In this document: positions 53,947-63,280 of the stretch, piece after piece
Numbering within the stretch: position 1 is the first letter of the stretch
Layout: the number at the start of each line of letters is the position of its first letter
Source of the DNA: Acutalibacteraceae bacterium
Lineage (GTDB): Bacteria > Bacillota > Clostridia > Oscillospirales > Acutalibacteraceae
DNA length: 64,000 nt
Assembly: GCA_045591425.1 (NCBI GenBank)
Contig: JAZNSX010000041.1
Span: forward strand, 14,804 to 78,803
Reading direction: 5' to 3'
The notes under the pieces: generated by a model
Seen by the model: the letters and a program-made list of their open reading frames with translations, nothing else
Databases searched by the model: none
Told to the model about the DNA's origin: nothing
Position numbers and translations under genes: made by a program

Positions 53947-54916
53947 TTATATTGCTGTCGGCGGACAGGCATTGATGGAAGGAATTATGATGAAAGGTCC
54001 GAAAGGCACGGCGATGTCGCTGCGTCTTCCTGACGGAACGATTGAAACACAGATGAAGGATTTCGTTTCAATCAGAAAAAAAGTTAAGCCTTTTAACTTC
54101 CCGATTATCCGCGGCGTTGTTTCTTTCGTTGAGTCAATGATTTTCGGCTATAAGCTGCTTATGGAATCTGCGGAAAAGACTTCGCTCGATTTCGAAGAAG
54201 AAAGCGAGTCAAAGCTTGATAAATGGATTGCCGACCATTTTGGTCCCAAAATGATGGCGGTAATCGGCGGAATTTCCGCCGTGCTCGGAATCGGTCTTGC
54301 ATTTCTGCTTTTTATGTGGATGCCGAGTTTTTGTTTTGACCTTGTCAATGACCACCTTGCCAATGGTGCAATTGACGGCTTGAGAGCGATTTTTGAAGGT
54401 ATTATCAGAGTTGTAATTTTTATTGTCTACATGGCTCTTGTTGCACGAATGAAGGAAATCCGCAGAGTTTATATGTATCACGGTGCCGAGCACAAAACGA
54501 TTTTCTGCTTTGAGCACGGCAAAGAGCTTACGGTTGCAAATATCAAAGAGGAAAAACGCTTCCATCCCAGATGCGGAACAAGCTTCATCTTTGTAACAAT
54601 ACTGCTCAGTATTCTTATTTCATCCGTTGTTTCGGTTCTTTTCCCCGTGCTTACGGAAATCAGAGCGGTCTGGGTGGCTGTAAAGCTTCTTATGATGCCT
54701 ATTATAATGGGTATCGGTTTTGAGTTCATTCAGCTTGCAGGTAAATATCCCAACAAGCTTACAAAGGCTCTTTCCGCCCCCGGTTTGCTTATGCAGAGAA
54801 TAACAACCGTTGAACCGGATGATGCAATTATTGAGGTCGCCATCGAAGCCATGAAAGCGGCTCTCAGCGGCGAGGTTGAGAGTGCCCCGGAAGAGGGAAC
54901 GGAGAATGCCGAATGA
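53927..54916 (+). CDS. DUF1385 domain membrane protein
   Basis: VGGQALMEGIMM, YHGAEHK, HPRCGTSF, PGL.MQRITT.EP; upstream of prmC. Confidence 0.88.
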   Translation: MSKQKNNYIAVGGQALMEGIMMKGPKGTAMSLRLPDGTIETQMKDFVSIRKKVKPFNFPIIRGVVSFVESMIFGYKLLMESAEKTSLDFEEESESKLDKWIADHFGPKMMAVIGGISAVLGIGLAFLLFMWMPSFCFDLVNDHLANGAIDGLRAIFEGIIRVVIFIVYMALVARMKEIRRVYMYHGAEHKTIFCFEHGKELTVANIKEEKRFHPRCGTSFIFVTILLSILISSVVSVLFPVLTEIRAVWVAVKLLMMPIIMGIGFEFIQLAGKYPNKLTKALSAPGLLMQRITTVEPDDAIIEVAIEAMKAALSGEVESAPEEGTENAE

Positions 54917-55767
54917 CCGTTGCCGAACTTATTAAAAAAGGCAGAGAACTTCTCGAAGAGAAAAAAATTGAAAACTCTGCAAACGAAGCACGCTGGATTT
55001 TTGAAGCGGTTTTTGAATGTGGCAGAGAATATACGGTTTTTCATTCGCAGGATGAAGCCGATAAAGTTAAATCAGACTCTTTTCTTGATAAAATAAATCA
55101 AAGAGCCGCAGGAACTCCCATTCAGTATGTTATCGGTTCATGGGATTTTTACGGCGAAACGTTTGATGTCGGTGAGGGTGTGCTGATTCCCAGACCTGAA
55201 ACCGAGCTTTTGGCAGATTTTGCATGTGAATATCTTAAAGATAAACATGAGTCTGTTGTTTTTGATTTATGTGCAGGATCTGGCTGCATAGGTCTCAGCG
55301 TTGCACACCTGAAACCTATGGCAAAAGTATATCTTTTTGAAAAATCGCCTGCTGCAATGAAATATCTTCTGCAAAATGCAGAAAAATTCAATCTCTCAAA
55401 TGTAAGAATAATTTGCGGCGATATATTTAACGGATTTTCAGCTTTTGATGCTCCGAAGCCCGATTTGATTCTTTCCAATCCGCCTTATATCAATTCTGCT
55501 GATATTGAGGCTCTTCAATCCGAAGTGCTCAAAGAGCCTGTTATGGCTCTTGACGGCGGAGAAGACGGCTTGGATTTTTACAGAGCTATTGCAGAAAAAT
55601 GGCTACCTTATTGCAATGGAGCTGTTGCGGTTGAATGCGGAGAGGGTCAGGCGGATAAAATCCGAATGATTTTTTCAAAGCAATGTGCCGAAACATATTC
55701 CGTAAAGGATTTTAGCGGTATTGAACGCGTGGTTATCGGCACGGAAAGGAATTCCAATGTTACTTGA
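54913..55767 (+). CDS. prmC: release factor glutamine methyltransferase
   Basis: PIQYVIG, VLIPRPETE, DLCAGSGCIG, SNPPYI, ALDGGEDGL. Confidence 0.95.
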   Translation: MTVAELIKKGRELLEEKKIENSANEARWIFEAVFECGREYTVFHSQDEADKVKSDSFLDKINQRAAGTPIQYVIGSWDFYGETFDVGEGVLIPRPETELLADFACEYLKDKHESVVFDLCAGSGCIGLSVAHLKPMAKVYLFEKSPAAMKYLLQNAEKFNLSNVRIICGDIFNGFSAFDAPKPDLILSNPPYINSADIEALQSEVLKEPVMALDGGEDGLDFYRAIAEKWLPYCNGAVAVECGEGQADKIRMIFSKQCAETYSVKDFSGIERVVIGTERNSNVT

Positions 55768-56434
55768 TATTTTCAGATACGGTTTTTCGGTTGAGGTTGT
55801 TATAAGTCTTCTTGCAACGGTGTTTGTTGTTTTTTGTACCTTACCGATTCATGAATATGCCCATGCCTTGGTTGCAACAAAGCTCGGTGATGATACCCCG
55901 AGGCTCAAAGGCAGGCTCACTCTTGCACCCCTTGCTCATATTGACCCAATGGGTGCGCTGATGATTTTTCTTGTTGGTTTTGGCTATGCAAAGCCGGTTC
56001 CCGTAAACCCGAGAAGATTCAAAAATCCCAAAGCCGGAATGGCACTGACTGCTTTTGCAGGCCCCGCAGCCAATATTGTTATGGCTTTGATTTTTATGCT
56101 TTTGGCGAATCTTTGCACAGTTATTTATTCAGCCAATCCTCTTCTGTTTGTCAGTGTTGCATCAATATTTTTCAGGTCTGCAGCTACGATAAACGTCAGT
56201 CTTGCGGTGTTCAACCTCATCCCCATTCCGCCGCTTGACGGTTCAAGAATAGTTAATCTCATTATTCCTTCGAAGTATTATTTCAAAATCATGCGTTATG
56301 AACGCTATATAATTCTCGGTGTTTTTGCGCTTATCTTTTTCGGCGTTCTTGATATTCCGCTTGCTTTCTTAACGAGCAAGGTAATGTCTTTAGTCAGTTG
56401 GATATCAGCGCTTCCGTTTAAACTGTTTCTTTAA
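55757..56434 (+). CDS. site-2 protease (M50)
   Basis: HEYAH, AGPAAN, FNLIPIPPLDG. Confidence 0.92.
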   Translation: MLLDIFRYGFSVEVVISLLATVFVVFCTLPIHEYAHALVATKLGDDTPRLKGRLTLAPLAHIDPMGALMIFLVGFGYAKPVPVNPRRFKNPKAGMALTAFAGPAANIVMALIFMLLANLCTVIYSANPLLFVSVASIFFRSAATINVSLAVFNLIPIPPLDGSRIVNLIIPSKYYFKIMRYERYIILGVFALIFFGVLDIPLAFLTSKVMSLVSWISALPFKLFL

Positions 56435-56450
56435 CGAAAGGGGTTATTCC

Positions 56451-57182
56451 TTGGAAAAGCTACAATATAAGCTTGAAGTTTTTGAAGGTCCTATGGACCT
56501 GTTGCTTCAGCTTATTTCAAAAAAGAAGGTAAGCATTAATGATGTTCCGATTTTGGAAATCATTGAGCAGTATCTTGAATATGTCCGCCAGATGCAGGAG
56601 GATAACCTCGATGTTTCAAGCGAATTTCTCGAAATGGCAGCAAGGCTTCTTTATATCAAAACCGTTTCACTGCTTCCTGTTCATGAAGAAGCGGAAAAAC
56701 TTGTTGAAGAGCTTCGCGGCGAGCTGACGGAATATCAGGACTGCAAGCTCGTTGCAGGCAAGCTTCAGAATCAGGCAAAAGGTTTTGACTTTTATTCGAG
56801 AGAGCCTGAAGAATTTGAAGTGGACATGACTTATACCAGAACGCACGAGCCTTTCGAAATTTTTAAGGCATATATGGCAGCGGTCGGCAAAGGCAAGCGC
56901 AAGCTTCCTCCTCCGATTGAAGCCTTCAGAGGCATTGTTGCTCATAAGATAGTTTCCGTTTCTTCACGAATAAGCTATATTGTTGATATGTTTAAGTCAA
57001 AGAAAAAAAGGAAATTTTCGGCGTTCTTTGAGCAAGCCGAATCCCGCTCGGAAATGGTTGCAACCTTCCTTGCGCTTCTCGCAATGGCAAAGGCAAAGCG
57101 AATTCATATTGAGGGACAGGGCGAGAATATGGATATAACCTTGCTGCAAGGCAGAGGGGAGAGTATTGAAATTGACGAATGA
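56451..57182 (+). CDS. scpA: segregation and condensation protein A
   Basis: FEGPMDLLL, EFLEMAARLLYIK, FLALL. Confidence 0.92.
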   Translation: MEKLQYKLEVFEGPMDLLLQLISKKKVSINDVPILEIIEQYLEYVRQMQEDNLDVSSEFLEMAARLLYIKTVSLLPVHEEAEKLVEELRGELTEYQDCKLVAGKLQNQAKGFDFYSREPEEFEVDMTYTRTHEPFEIFKAYMAAVGKGKRKLPPPIEAFRGIVAHKIVSVSSRISYIVDMFKSKKKRKFSAFFEQAESRSEMVATFLALLAMAKAKRIHIEGQGENMDITLLQGRGESIEIDE

Positions 57183-57765
57183 ACAAATAAGAGCCGCGTG
57201 CGAAGCCATTTTATTTGCTTCGGGCGAGCCTGTTGAGGCAGCAAGAATCGCAGAGGCTCTTGAACTTGACATAGAAGTGGTAACAGGTGCTCTCTGGGAG
57301 CTTACCAGAAGCCTTGATGAGCGCGGCAGCGGAATCTGCCTTTTGCGCCTCGGCAGCAAATATCAGCTTTGCTCGCGCGTTGAATATGCTCAGCAGGTAA
57401 GAAGTGTGCTTGATATAAAGAAGAACGCGCCTCTTTCACCAGCTGCGTTTGAAGTTCTTGCCGTCGTAGCATATAATCAGCCCGTTACAAAGGCATACAT
57501 AGAGCAAATCAGAGGCGTTGATTGCTCCGGCGTTGTTTCAACGCTTTGCCAGAAGGGCTTGCTGGAAGAAAAAGGCAGGCTTGATTTGCCGGGCAGACCC
57601 TTGCTTTACGGCACAACGCCCGACTTCCTCAGATGCTTCTGTCTGTCATCTCTTGCAGACCTTCCCGAGCTTCCTGAAAAGCCTGACAATGAGCAGGAAC
57701 CTGATGACGAAATCGACAATGAGCAGGGCGAGCAGATCAGAAGCTTTTTCCAACCCGAAGAATAA
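57166..57765 (+). CDS. scpB: segregation and condensation protein B
   Basis: EAILFASGEP, LSPAAFEVLAVVAYNQPVT, IRGV, GRPLLYGTT. Confidence 0.94.
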   Translation: MKLTNEQIRAACEAILFASGEPVEAARIAEALELDIEVVTGALWELTRSLDERGSGICLLRLGSKYQLCSRVEYAQQVRSVLDIKKNAPLSPAAFEVLAVVAYNQPVTKAYIEQIRGVDCSGVVSTLCQKGLLEEKGRLDLPGRPLLYGTTPDFLRCFCLSSLADLPELPEKPDNEQEPDDEIDNEQGEQIRSFFQPEE

Positions 57766-57777
57766 GGAGGCGATAGC

Positions 57778-58479
57778 TTGACGGCGCTTTATGTAATTCT
57801 TGGTATCATAGCGTTTTTCATAATTTTGCTTTCGGTCAAATTTAAAGTAACCGTTCATTATGAAGATGATGTTGCTGTATCTGTCGGTTGGCTGTTTTTG
57901 AAATTCAACATACTTCCCAAAAAAGAAGATGACGGCAAACCTAAAAAAGAAAAGAAACCGAAAAAGAAGAAAGAAGAAAAGCCTAAGGAAGAAAGCGAAA
58001 TTGTTCCCGAGCCTAAAAAGAAAAAAAAGGATAACATGTTTGTCCGTTTTTACAGAAACAAGGGCGTTAACGGAGTTGTTCAGCTGTTAAAGGATGCGGC
58101 GAAAGCTGTCGGCGGCATGTTCGGCAGAATCGGCAGAGCTTTCCTTTTTGAAGAACTGTATATCTCAATGACCGTCGGTGCGGGCGACTCCGCTCAGACA
58201 GCGATAAAATACGGCGAGATTTGTGCGGGAGCTTTTCCCGCTATGGGTCTCATAGTCAGCAAAATGCGTGTCAAAAAGTATAATCTCGAAATCAACCCCG
58301 ATTTTATTTTCGGTAAAACAAACGCAAGGCTTCATACTAAAATTTCAGTAAGACCCATTGCTCTCATAAATTCGGTTATCGTTCTTGTGTTTGAACTATT
58401 ATTCAAAGTGGTTATAAAACTGCTTAAGCACAGCAAGGCTCAGAAGCCCGATGTGGAAAAGCAGTTTATAAATAATTAA
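57778..58479 (+). CDS. DUF2953 domain protein
   Basis: N-terminal TM, GAGDSAQTAIKYG, INPDF; lies before gerW/ytfJ. Confidence 0.7.
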   Translation: MTALYVILGIIAFFIILLSVKFKVTVHYEDDVAVSVGWLFLKFNILPKKEDDGKPKKEKKPKKKKEEKPKEESEIVPEPKKKKKDNMFVRFYRNKGVNGVVQLLKDAAKAVGGMFGRIGRAFLFEELYISMTVGAGDSAQTAIKYGEICAGAFPAMGLIVSKMRVKKYNLEINPDFIFGKTNARLHTKISVRPIALINSVIVLVFELLFKVVIKLLKHSKAQKPDVEKQFINN

Positions 58480-58509
58480 TTTTAAATCTATTGAAAGGCG
58501 GAAAACAAA

Positions 58510-58941
58510 ATGAAAGAACAGTCAGCATCAGGAATTCTCGGCACATCAATTGAAAAAATCAAGGACCTTGTCGATGTCAGCACTATTATCGGCGACCCCA
58601 TCAAAATCAGCGAAACTCTTCAGATAATCCCCGTTTCAAAGGTAACATACGGCTTTGCTTCAGGCGGCACTGACTTCCCCTCAAAGAGCAATCAGGAGCT
58701 TTTCGGAGGTGGCGGCGGAGCAGGCATCACAATTTCTCCCGTTGCATTCCTTGTTGTCAATAACGGCAGCGTATCCGTTAAGTATATCAATGCAGCAGAA
58801 GGTTCTGTTGAAAGAGTTATCGGCATGGTTCCCGATATCGTTGACAAGGCAACCGATGTTATCAGCCAGCTTAAGAATAAGGATAACACCGTTGACAATG
58901 CCATCAACGATTATATGTCATCTGCAGAGCCTACTGCCTGA
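58510..58941 (+). CDS. gerW: GerW/YtfJ family sporulation protein
   Basis: IKDLVDVSTIIGDPI, IIPVSKV..GFASGG, FGGGGGAGITISPVAFLVV. Confidence 0.88.
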   Translation: MKEQSASGILGTSIEKIKDLVDVSTIIGDPIKISETLQIIPVSKVTYGFASGGTDFPSKSNQELFGGGGGAGITISPVAFLVVNNGSVSVKYINAAEGSVERVIGMVPDIVDKATDVISQLKNKDNTVDNAINDYMSSAEPTA

Positions 58942-59001
58942 TAATTAAACGCAGCCCATCCGCATATATTTTATTATTTGAATTATGTGAGGATGGGGTT
59001 T

Positions 59002-60168
59002 GTGAAAAAGAAAATAATCTCTTTAGTTGCTTCTTTCCTGCTTTTGCTTCCGTTTGAATTCTCGGCTTATGCTGATGAAATAGGTGTTTCGGCTCGGAGT
59101 GCGGTACTAATTTGTGCCAATAGCGGCGAAATACTGTTTGCAAAGAATGAGCATAGCAAGCTTTCAATGGCAAGCACAACAAAAATAATGACTTCGCTTA
59201 TTGCTCTTGAAGCTGCAATGCCTGAAACTGAGATAACCGTCACAAAAGAGATGGTTTCTGTCGAGGGCACTTCAATGGGGCTTCTTGAAGGCGACAGCGT
59301 TTCTCTGCGTGAGCTTGTTTACGGCATGCTTCTCCAGTCGGGTAACGACGCCGCAAACACGGTTGCCTATGTAATAGGCGGCAGCCCCGAAGGGTTTGCA
59401 AAGCTCATGAACGAACGTGCGGCAGAAATAGGCATGCATAACACCAATTTCGTAACCGCTTCCGGTCTTGATGACGAAGAGCATTATTCAACGGCATATG
59501 ATATGGCATTGCTTGCTTGCGAAAGTATCAGAAACCCCGAGTTTGTTTCTGTGTGTTCGCAGAAAAGTGCGAGGCTTACATACGGCAATCCGCCGTATGC
59601 AAGAACCCTTACAAACCATAACAGGCTTTTGTGGAAGTATGCGGACACAATCGGAATTAAGACGGGCTTCACAAAAAAGAGCGGCAGATGCCTTGTGAGT
59701 GCTGCTGAGCGTGACGGAGTTTTTCTTGTTGCGGTAACACTAAATGCTCCGAGCGATTGGAATGACCATATTACAATGTTTGAATACGGTTTTTCAAAGT
59801 GTAAGGGCGTTTCGGTCGGTTGCAATCTCAACGGCGTTCGGCTCAGCGTTGTCGGAGGCGAAAAACAGTCGGTTGATTTGCGGCTGTCATATGAGCCGAT
59901 TTGGCTCATGGATGAAAAATGCAGTTATCGGCTTATGATAAAGCCGTTTGAATATGCACCGGTGAAAGCGGGCGAAATTGTCGGAACGGCGGTTTTCTTT
60001 TCCGGTGAAAAGATAATCGATGAGGTGCCGATTGAAGCGGCAGATTTTGTTGAGTGCAAAACCGTGCCTTCTCCGATTGAAGAACCTCAGAAGCAAGAGG
60101 AAAAAGGATTTTTTTCAAGGATATTTCAAAAGATAAAAGAGTTTTTCAGAATTTCAGAGGTGAAATAA
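59002..60168 (+). CDS. D-alanyl-D-alanine carboxypeptidase (DacB-like)
   Basis: Signal peptide, MASTTK (SxxK), SGN, KTG; C-terminal amphipathic FFSRIFQKIKEFF. Confidence 0.9.
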   Translation: MKKKIISLVASFLLLLPFEFSAYADEIGVSARSAVLICANSGEILFAKNEHSKLSMASTTKIMTSLIALEAAMPETEITVTKEMVSVEGTSMGLLEGDSVSLRELVYGMLLQSGNDAANTVAYVIGGSPEGFAKLMNERAAEIGMHNTNFVTASGLDDEEHYSTAYDMALLACESIRNPEFVSVCSQKSARLTYGNPPYARTLTNHNRLLWKYADTIGIKTGFTKKSGRCLVSAAERDGVFLVAVTLNAPSDWNDHITMFEYGFSKCKGVSVGCNLNGVRLSVVGGEKQSVDLRLSYEPIWLMDEKCSYRLMIKPFEYAPVKAGEIVGTAVFFSGEKIIDEVPIEAADFVECKTVPSPIEEPQKQEEKGFFSRIFQKIKEFFRISEVK

Positions 60169-60918
60169 TTGGCCGATAATAAAATCAGGCTTCAGAAGTT
60201 TCTTTCCGAGGCGGGTGTCGCATCCCGACGCAAAGCAGAAGAAATGATAAGAAACGGAGCGGTTAAGGTCAACGGTGCCGTTGCTCAGATAGGCGACAGC
60301 GTTGACCCCAAAAAAGACACCGTTCTGGTAAAATGCAAAAAAGTTATAAAGCAGGGCGGAATGCGTTATATTCTGCTTAATAAGCCCAGAGGATATGTCA
60401 CAACCACAGATGATGATTTGGGCAGAAAATGTGTTCTTGAGCTTGTTAAGGACGTTAAAGAGCGCATTTATCCCGTCGGAAGGCTTGACCGGGTTTCAGA
60501 GGGCGCATTGATTCTGACAAATGACGGAGCTTTTGCCAACGCAATGATGCACCCGTCAAAACACGTTCCGAAAACATACAGGGTTACTGTACGCCCAGAG
60601 CCGACGGCAGAGCAGGTTGATATTCTTGCAACCGGCGTTGAGCTTGACGGAAGGCTGACCGCGCCCGCAGATGTCTATGTCCTCTCAAAAGAAGAAGGAA
60701 GGGCAGTGCTCGAAATCGTTTTGCGCGAAGGCAGAAACAGACAGATTCGCCGCATGTGCGAATCTCAAGGTCTTGAGGTTGCAAGGCTCAGGCGTGTTGC
60801 TGTCGGACCTATAAAGCTCGGAATGCTCCAGACAGGACAGTGGCGTGACCTTACCGCCGATGAAGTTGCTGCTCTTTTTAAGGCAGCGGGCATGAAAACG
60901 GGTGGAGGTGCGAAATGA
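60169..60918 (+). CDS. rluB: 23S rRNA pseudouridine synthase
   Basis: S4 domain RLQKFL..AGVASRR, NKPRG, PVGRLD, EGRNRQIRRM. Confidence 0.88.
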   Translation: MADNKIRLQKFLSEAGVASRRKAEEMIRNGAVKVNGAVAQIGDSVDPKKDTVLVKCKKVIKQGGMRYILLNKPRGYVTTTDDDLGRKCVLELVKDVKERIYPVGRLDRVSEGALILTNDGAFANAMMHPSKHVPKTYRVTVRPEPTAEQVDILATGVELDGRLTAPADVYVLSKEEGRAVLEIVLREGRNRQIRRMCESQGLEVARLRRVAVGPIKLGMLQTGQWRDLTADEVAALFKAAGMKTGGGAK

Positions 60919-61247
60919 TAAGATTTATTCCTTTTGAAAGCGAAAACTGCTTGGGCATGAAAGCTTTAGACGGCGAAAATGAAGTCGGCATATGCACCTT
61001 TGCTCTTGACGGATATTTTATGAACTTTCTTTCTGTTGATTGTTCCGATGATATTATCACCGAAGGGCTTGCAAGAGCCGCAATGAATTATGCCGCAAAC
61101 AGAAACGCTTACATTGCCAAAATCGGCAAGCGGCTTTCTGTGCCCGCTTTTATCAGACTCGGTTTTTCGGGCGATAATGAACTTAGTGTCGAAATTCCTG
61201 AGGCACTTTCTTCGGGCTGCTCCTGCGGCGGTTCAAAACCTTTTTAA
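60915..61247 (+). CDS. hypothetical protein (possible degenerate GNAT-like fold, CxC tail)
   Basis: RBS GGAGGTG, ATGA overlap with rluB; EGLARAAMNYA, F.RLGF, C-terminal GCSCGG. Confidence 0.7.
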   Translation: MIRFIPFESENCLGMKALDGENEVGICTFALDGYFMNFLSVDCSDDIITEGLARAAMNYAANRNAYIAKIGKRLSVPAFIRLGFSGDNELSVEIPEALSSGCSCGGSKPF

Positions 61248-61271
61248 TAAAATTGGGAGATGTTTTAAAGA

Positions 61272-62150
61272 ATGATTAAAAGTATGACCGGCTACGGCAG
61301 AGCACAGCAGCTTGTAGACGGTATGAATATAACAGTTGAAATTAAAAGCGTTAATCACAGATATTTTGAGTTTTCTTCTAAGCTTTCAAGAACTTACGGT
61401 TTTCTTGACGAGAAGCTGAAAAGCTTTTTTAACGGCAGACTTACCCGAGGCAAGATGGAATGCTATGTTTCAATTGAAGCGGTTGAAGAACCCGACACCG
61501 TAATCAGCCTCAACCATTCGCTTGTTCAGGGCTACATCAATGCATATAAAGAGCTTGCAGAAACCTATGGGCTTGAAAACGATATCAAAATCTCCGATAT
61601 TTCAAGAGTCGGTGATATCTTTTCCGTTCGCAAGCAGGCGGCTGACGAAGAAAGAATTTGGACGGCTGTCAGCGTTGTTGCGGAAGAAGCTCTCAACGGT
61701 TTTGTTTCAATGAGAGAGCGTGAAGGTACCAGACTCAGGGCAGATGTTCTTTCAAGGCTTGATGAGATAATCGGTAATGTCGAATTTATTGAAGAACGTT
61801 CTCCGCAGACAGTTGCGGAATATAACGAAAAGCTTCTCAGCAGGCTTCGCGAGCTTCTTGCCGATGCTCATATCGATGAGCAGAGAATTCTTACCGAGGC
61901 TGCAATATTTGCCGATAAGATTGCTGTTGCAGAAGAAACCGTAAGGCTTCGCAGCCATATTTCCCAGCTTCGTCTTTTCCTTGATTCAAGCGAAGCTATC
62001 GGAAAAAAGATGGATTTCCTTGTTCAGGAGCTCAACAGAGAGGCAAACACCATCGGCTCAAAGGCTCAGGATGTTGGAATTGCCCGCAGAGTTGTTTCAA
62101 TTAAAGCAGAAATTGAAAAAATCCGCGAGCAGATTCAGAATATTGAATAA
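61272..62150 (+). CDS. YicC/YloC family endoribonuclease
   Basis: SMTGYGR, EIKSVNHRY, EETVRLRSH, DFLVQELNREANTIGSK, EKIREQIQNIE. Confidence 0.93.
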   Translation: MIKSMTGYGRAQQLVDGMNITVEIKSVNHRYFEFSSKLSRTYGFLDEKLKSFFNGRLTRGKMECYVSIEAVEEPDTVISLNHSLVQGYINAYKELAETYGLENDIKISDISRVGDIFSVRKQAADEERIWTAVSVVAEEALNGFVSMREREGTRLRADVLSRLDEIIGNVEFIEERSPQTVAEYNEKLLSRLRELLADAHIDEQRILTEAAIFADKIAVAEETVRLRSHISQLRLFLDSSEAIGKKMDFLVQELNREANTIGSKAQDVGIARRVVSIKAEIEKIREQIQNIE

Positions 62151-62163
62151 TGAGGGATGTTAA

Positions 62164-62433
62164 ATGAAATTAATCAATATCGGTTTCGGCAATATGGTCA
62201 ACGCAAGCCGCCTTGTTGCAATTGTCAGCCCCGAATCCGCTCCCATTAAGCGTATTATTCAGGAGAGCAAGGAAAAGGGTACCTTGATTGATGCAACTCA
62301 CGGCAGACGCACCAGGGCTGTTATTATTACCGACAGCGACCATGTAATCTTAACTTATCTTCAGAGTGAAACCGTTGCAAACAGGCTTAATGATGATATG
62401 GACGAGCTTGAGGACGAGGAGGATGAAGAATGA
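62164..62433 (+). CDS. remA: RemA/DUF370 family regulator
   Basis: [31 protein letters not shown]. Confidence 0.9.
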   Translation: MKLINIGFGNMVNASRLVAIVSPESAPIKRIIQESKEKGTLIDATHGRRTRAVIITDSDHVILTYLQSETVANRLNDDMDELEDEEDEE

Positions 62434-63038
62434 GCGAAGGTATCTTGGTGATTTTTTCCGGTCCCTCAGGCTCAGGCAAGGGTACTGTTCTCAAAGAATT
62501 TCTTGCAAAACGTGACGATGCGCGAGTTTCTGTTTCAATGACCACACGTGAGCCGAGAGAAGGCGAAAAAGACGGAGTGCATTATTATTTTGTAACGCGG
62601 GAATATTTTGAAAAGAAGATTGCCGATAACAAAATGCTTGAATATGCAGAGTATAATCATAATATGTACGGCACACCCAAAGACCCTGTTGACGAAATGC
62701 TCAGAGCAGGAAAAACAGTTATTCTTGAAATTGAGGTTCAGGGTGCGGAAAAAATCAGAAAGAGCTATCCAGATGCTGTCAGCATCTTTTTGATGCCTCC
62801 TTCAATGAGAGTTCTCGAAGAGCGTCTCAGAGGCAGAAACAGCGAGGATGAAGAAACCGTTAATCACCGCCTTGTAATAGCAAGGGAAGAGGTTCGCAGG
62901 TCAAGTGAATATGACTATATCGTTGTTAACGACACCGTTGAAAATGCTTCAGCGGTTATGAATACTATAATCAATGCCGAAAGGCAAAAAGCTTTCAGAA
63001 ATAAAAAAATTATAAGCGAGGTAATCAACAATGTTTAA
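62430..63038 (+). CDS. gmk: guanylate kinase
   Basis: [36 protein letters not shown]. Confidence 0.96.
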   Translation: MSEGILVIFSGPSGSGKGTVLKEFLAKRDDARVSVSMTTREPREGEKDGVHYYFVTREYFEKKIADNKMLEYAEYNHNMYGTPKDPVDEMLRAGKTVILEIEVQGAEKIRKSYPDAVSIFLMPPSMRVLEERLRGRNSEDEETVNHRLVIAREEVRRSSEYDYIVVNDTVENASAVMNTIINAERQKAFRNKKIISEVINNV

Positions 63039-63240
63039 TCCTGATTTAAGAGGAGTTCTCACAAACCATCTCAGCCGCTATTCTCTTGTTACCGCAACCG
63101 CAAAGAGAGCAAGAGAAATCGCCGAAAGTGCTGAAGAGAAGAAGATTATCATGACAGAAAAGCCTGTCAGCGTTGCTCTCGAAGAAATTCTTGCAGGTGA
63201 TTATGTTATCGTTGAGCCTGAAGAAATCAGAAATCTTTAA
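63031..63240 (+). CDS. rpoZ: RNA polymerase omega subunit
   Basis: SRYSLVTATAKRAREI, KPVSVALEEI; follows gmk. Confidence 0.9.
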   Translation: MFNPDLRGVLTNHLSRYSLVTATAKRAREIAESAEEKKIIMTEKPVSVALEEILAGDYVIVEPEEIRNL

Positions 63241-63280
63241 TATTTCTTTTAATTAGTTATATGGGCGGGGAGGGAGTCAA

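Noticed and set aside
57950-58030. A-rich low-complexity tract in the DUF2953 gene
   Set aside because: It encodes a Lys/Glu/Pro-rich linker and the frame is intact.
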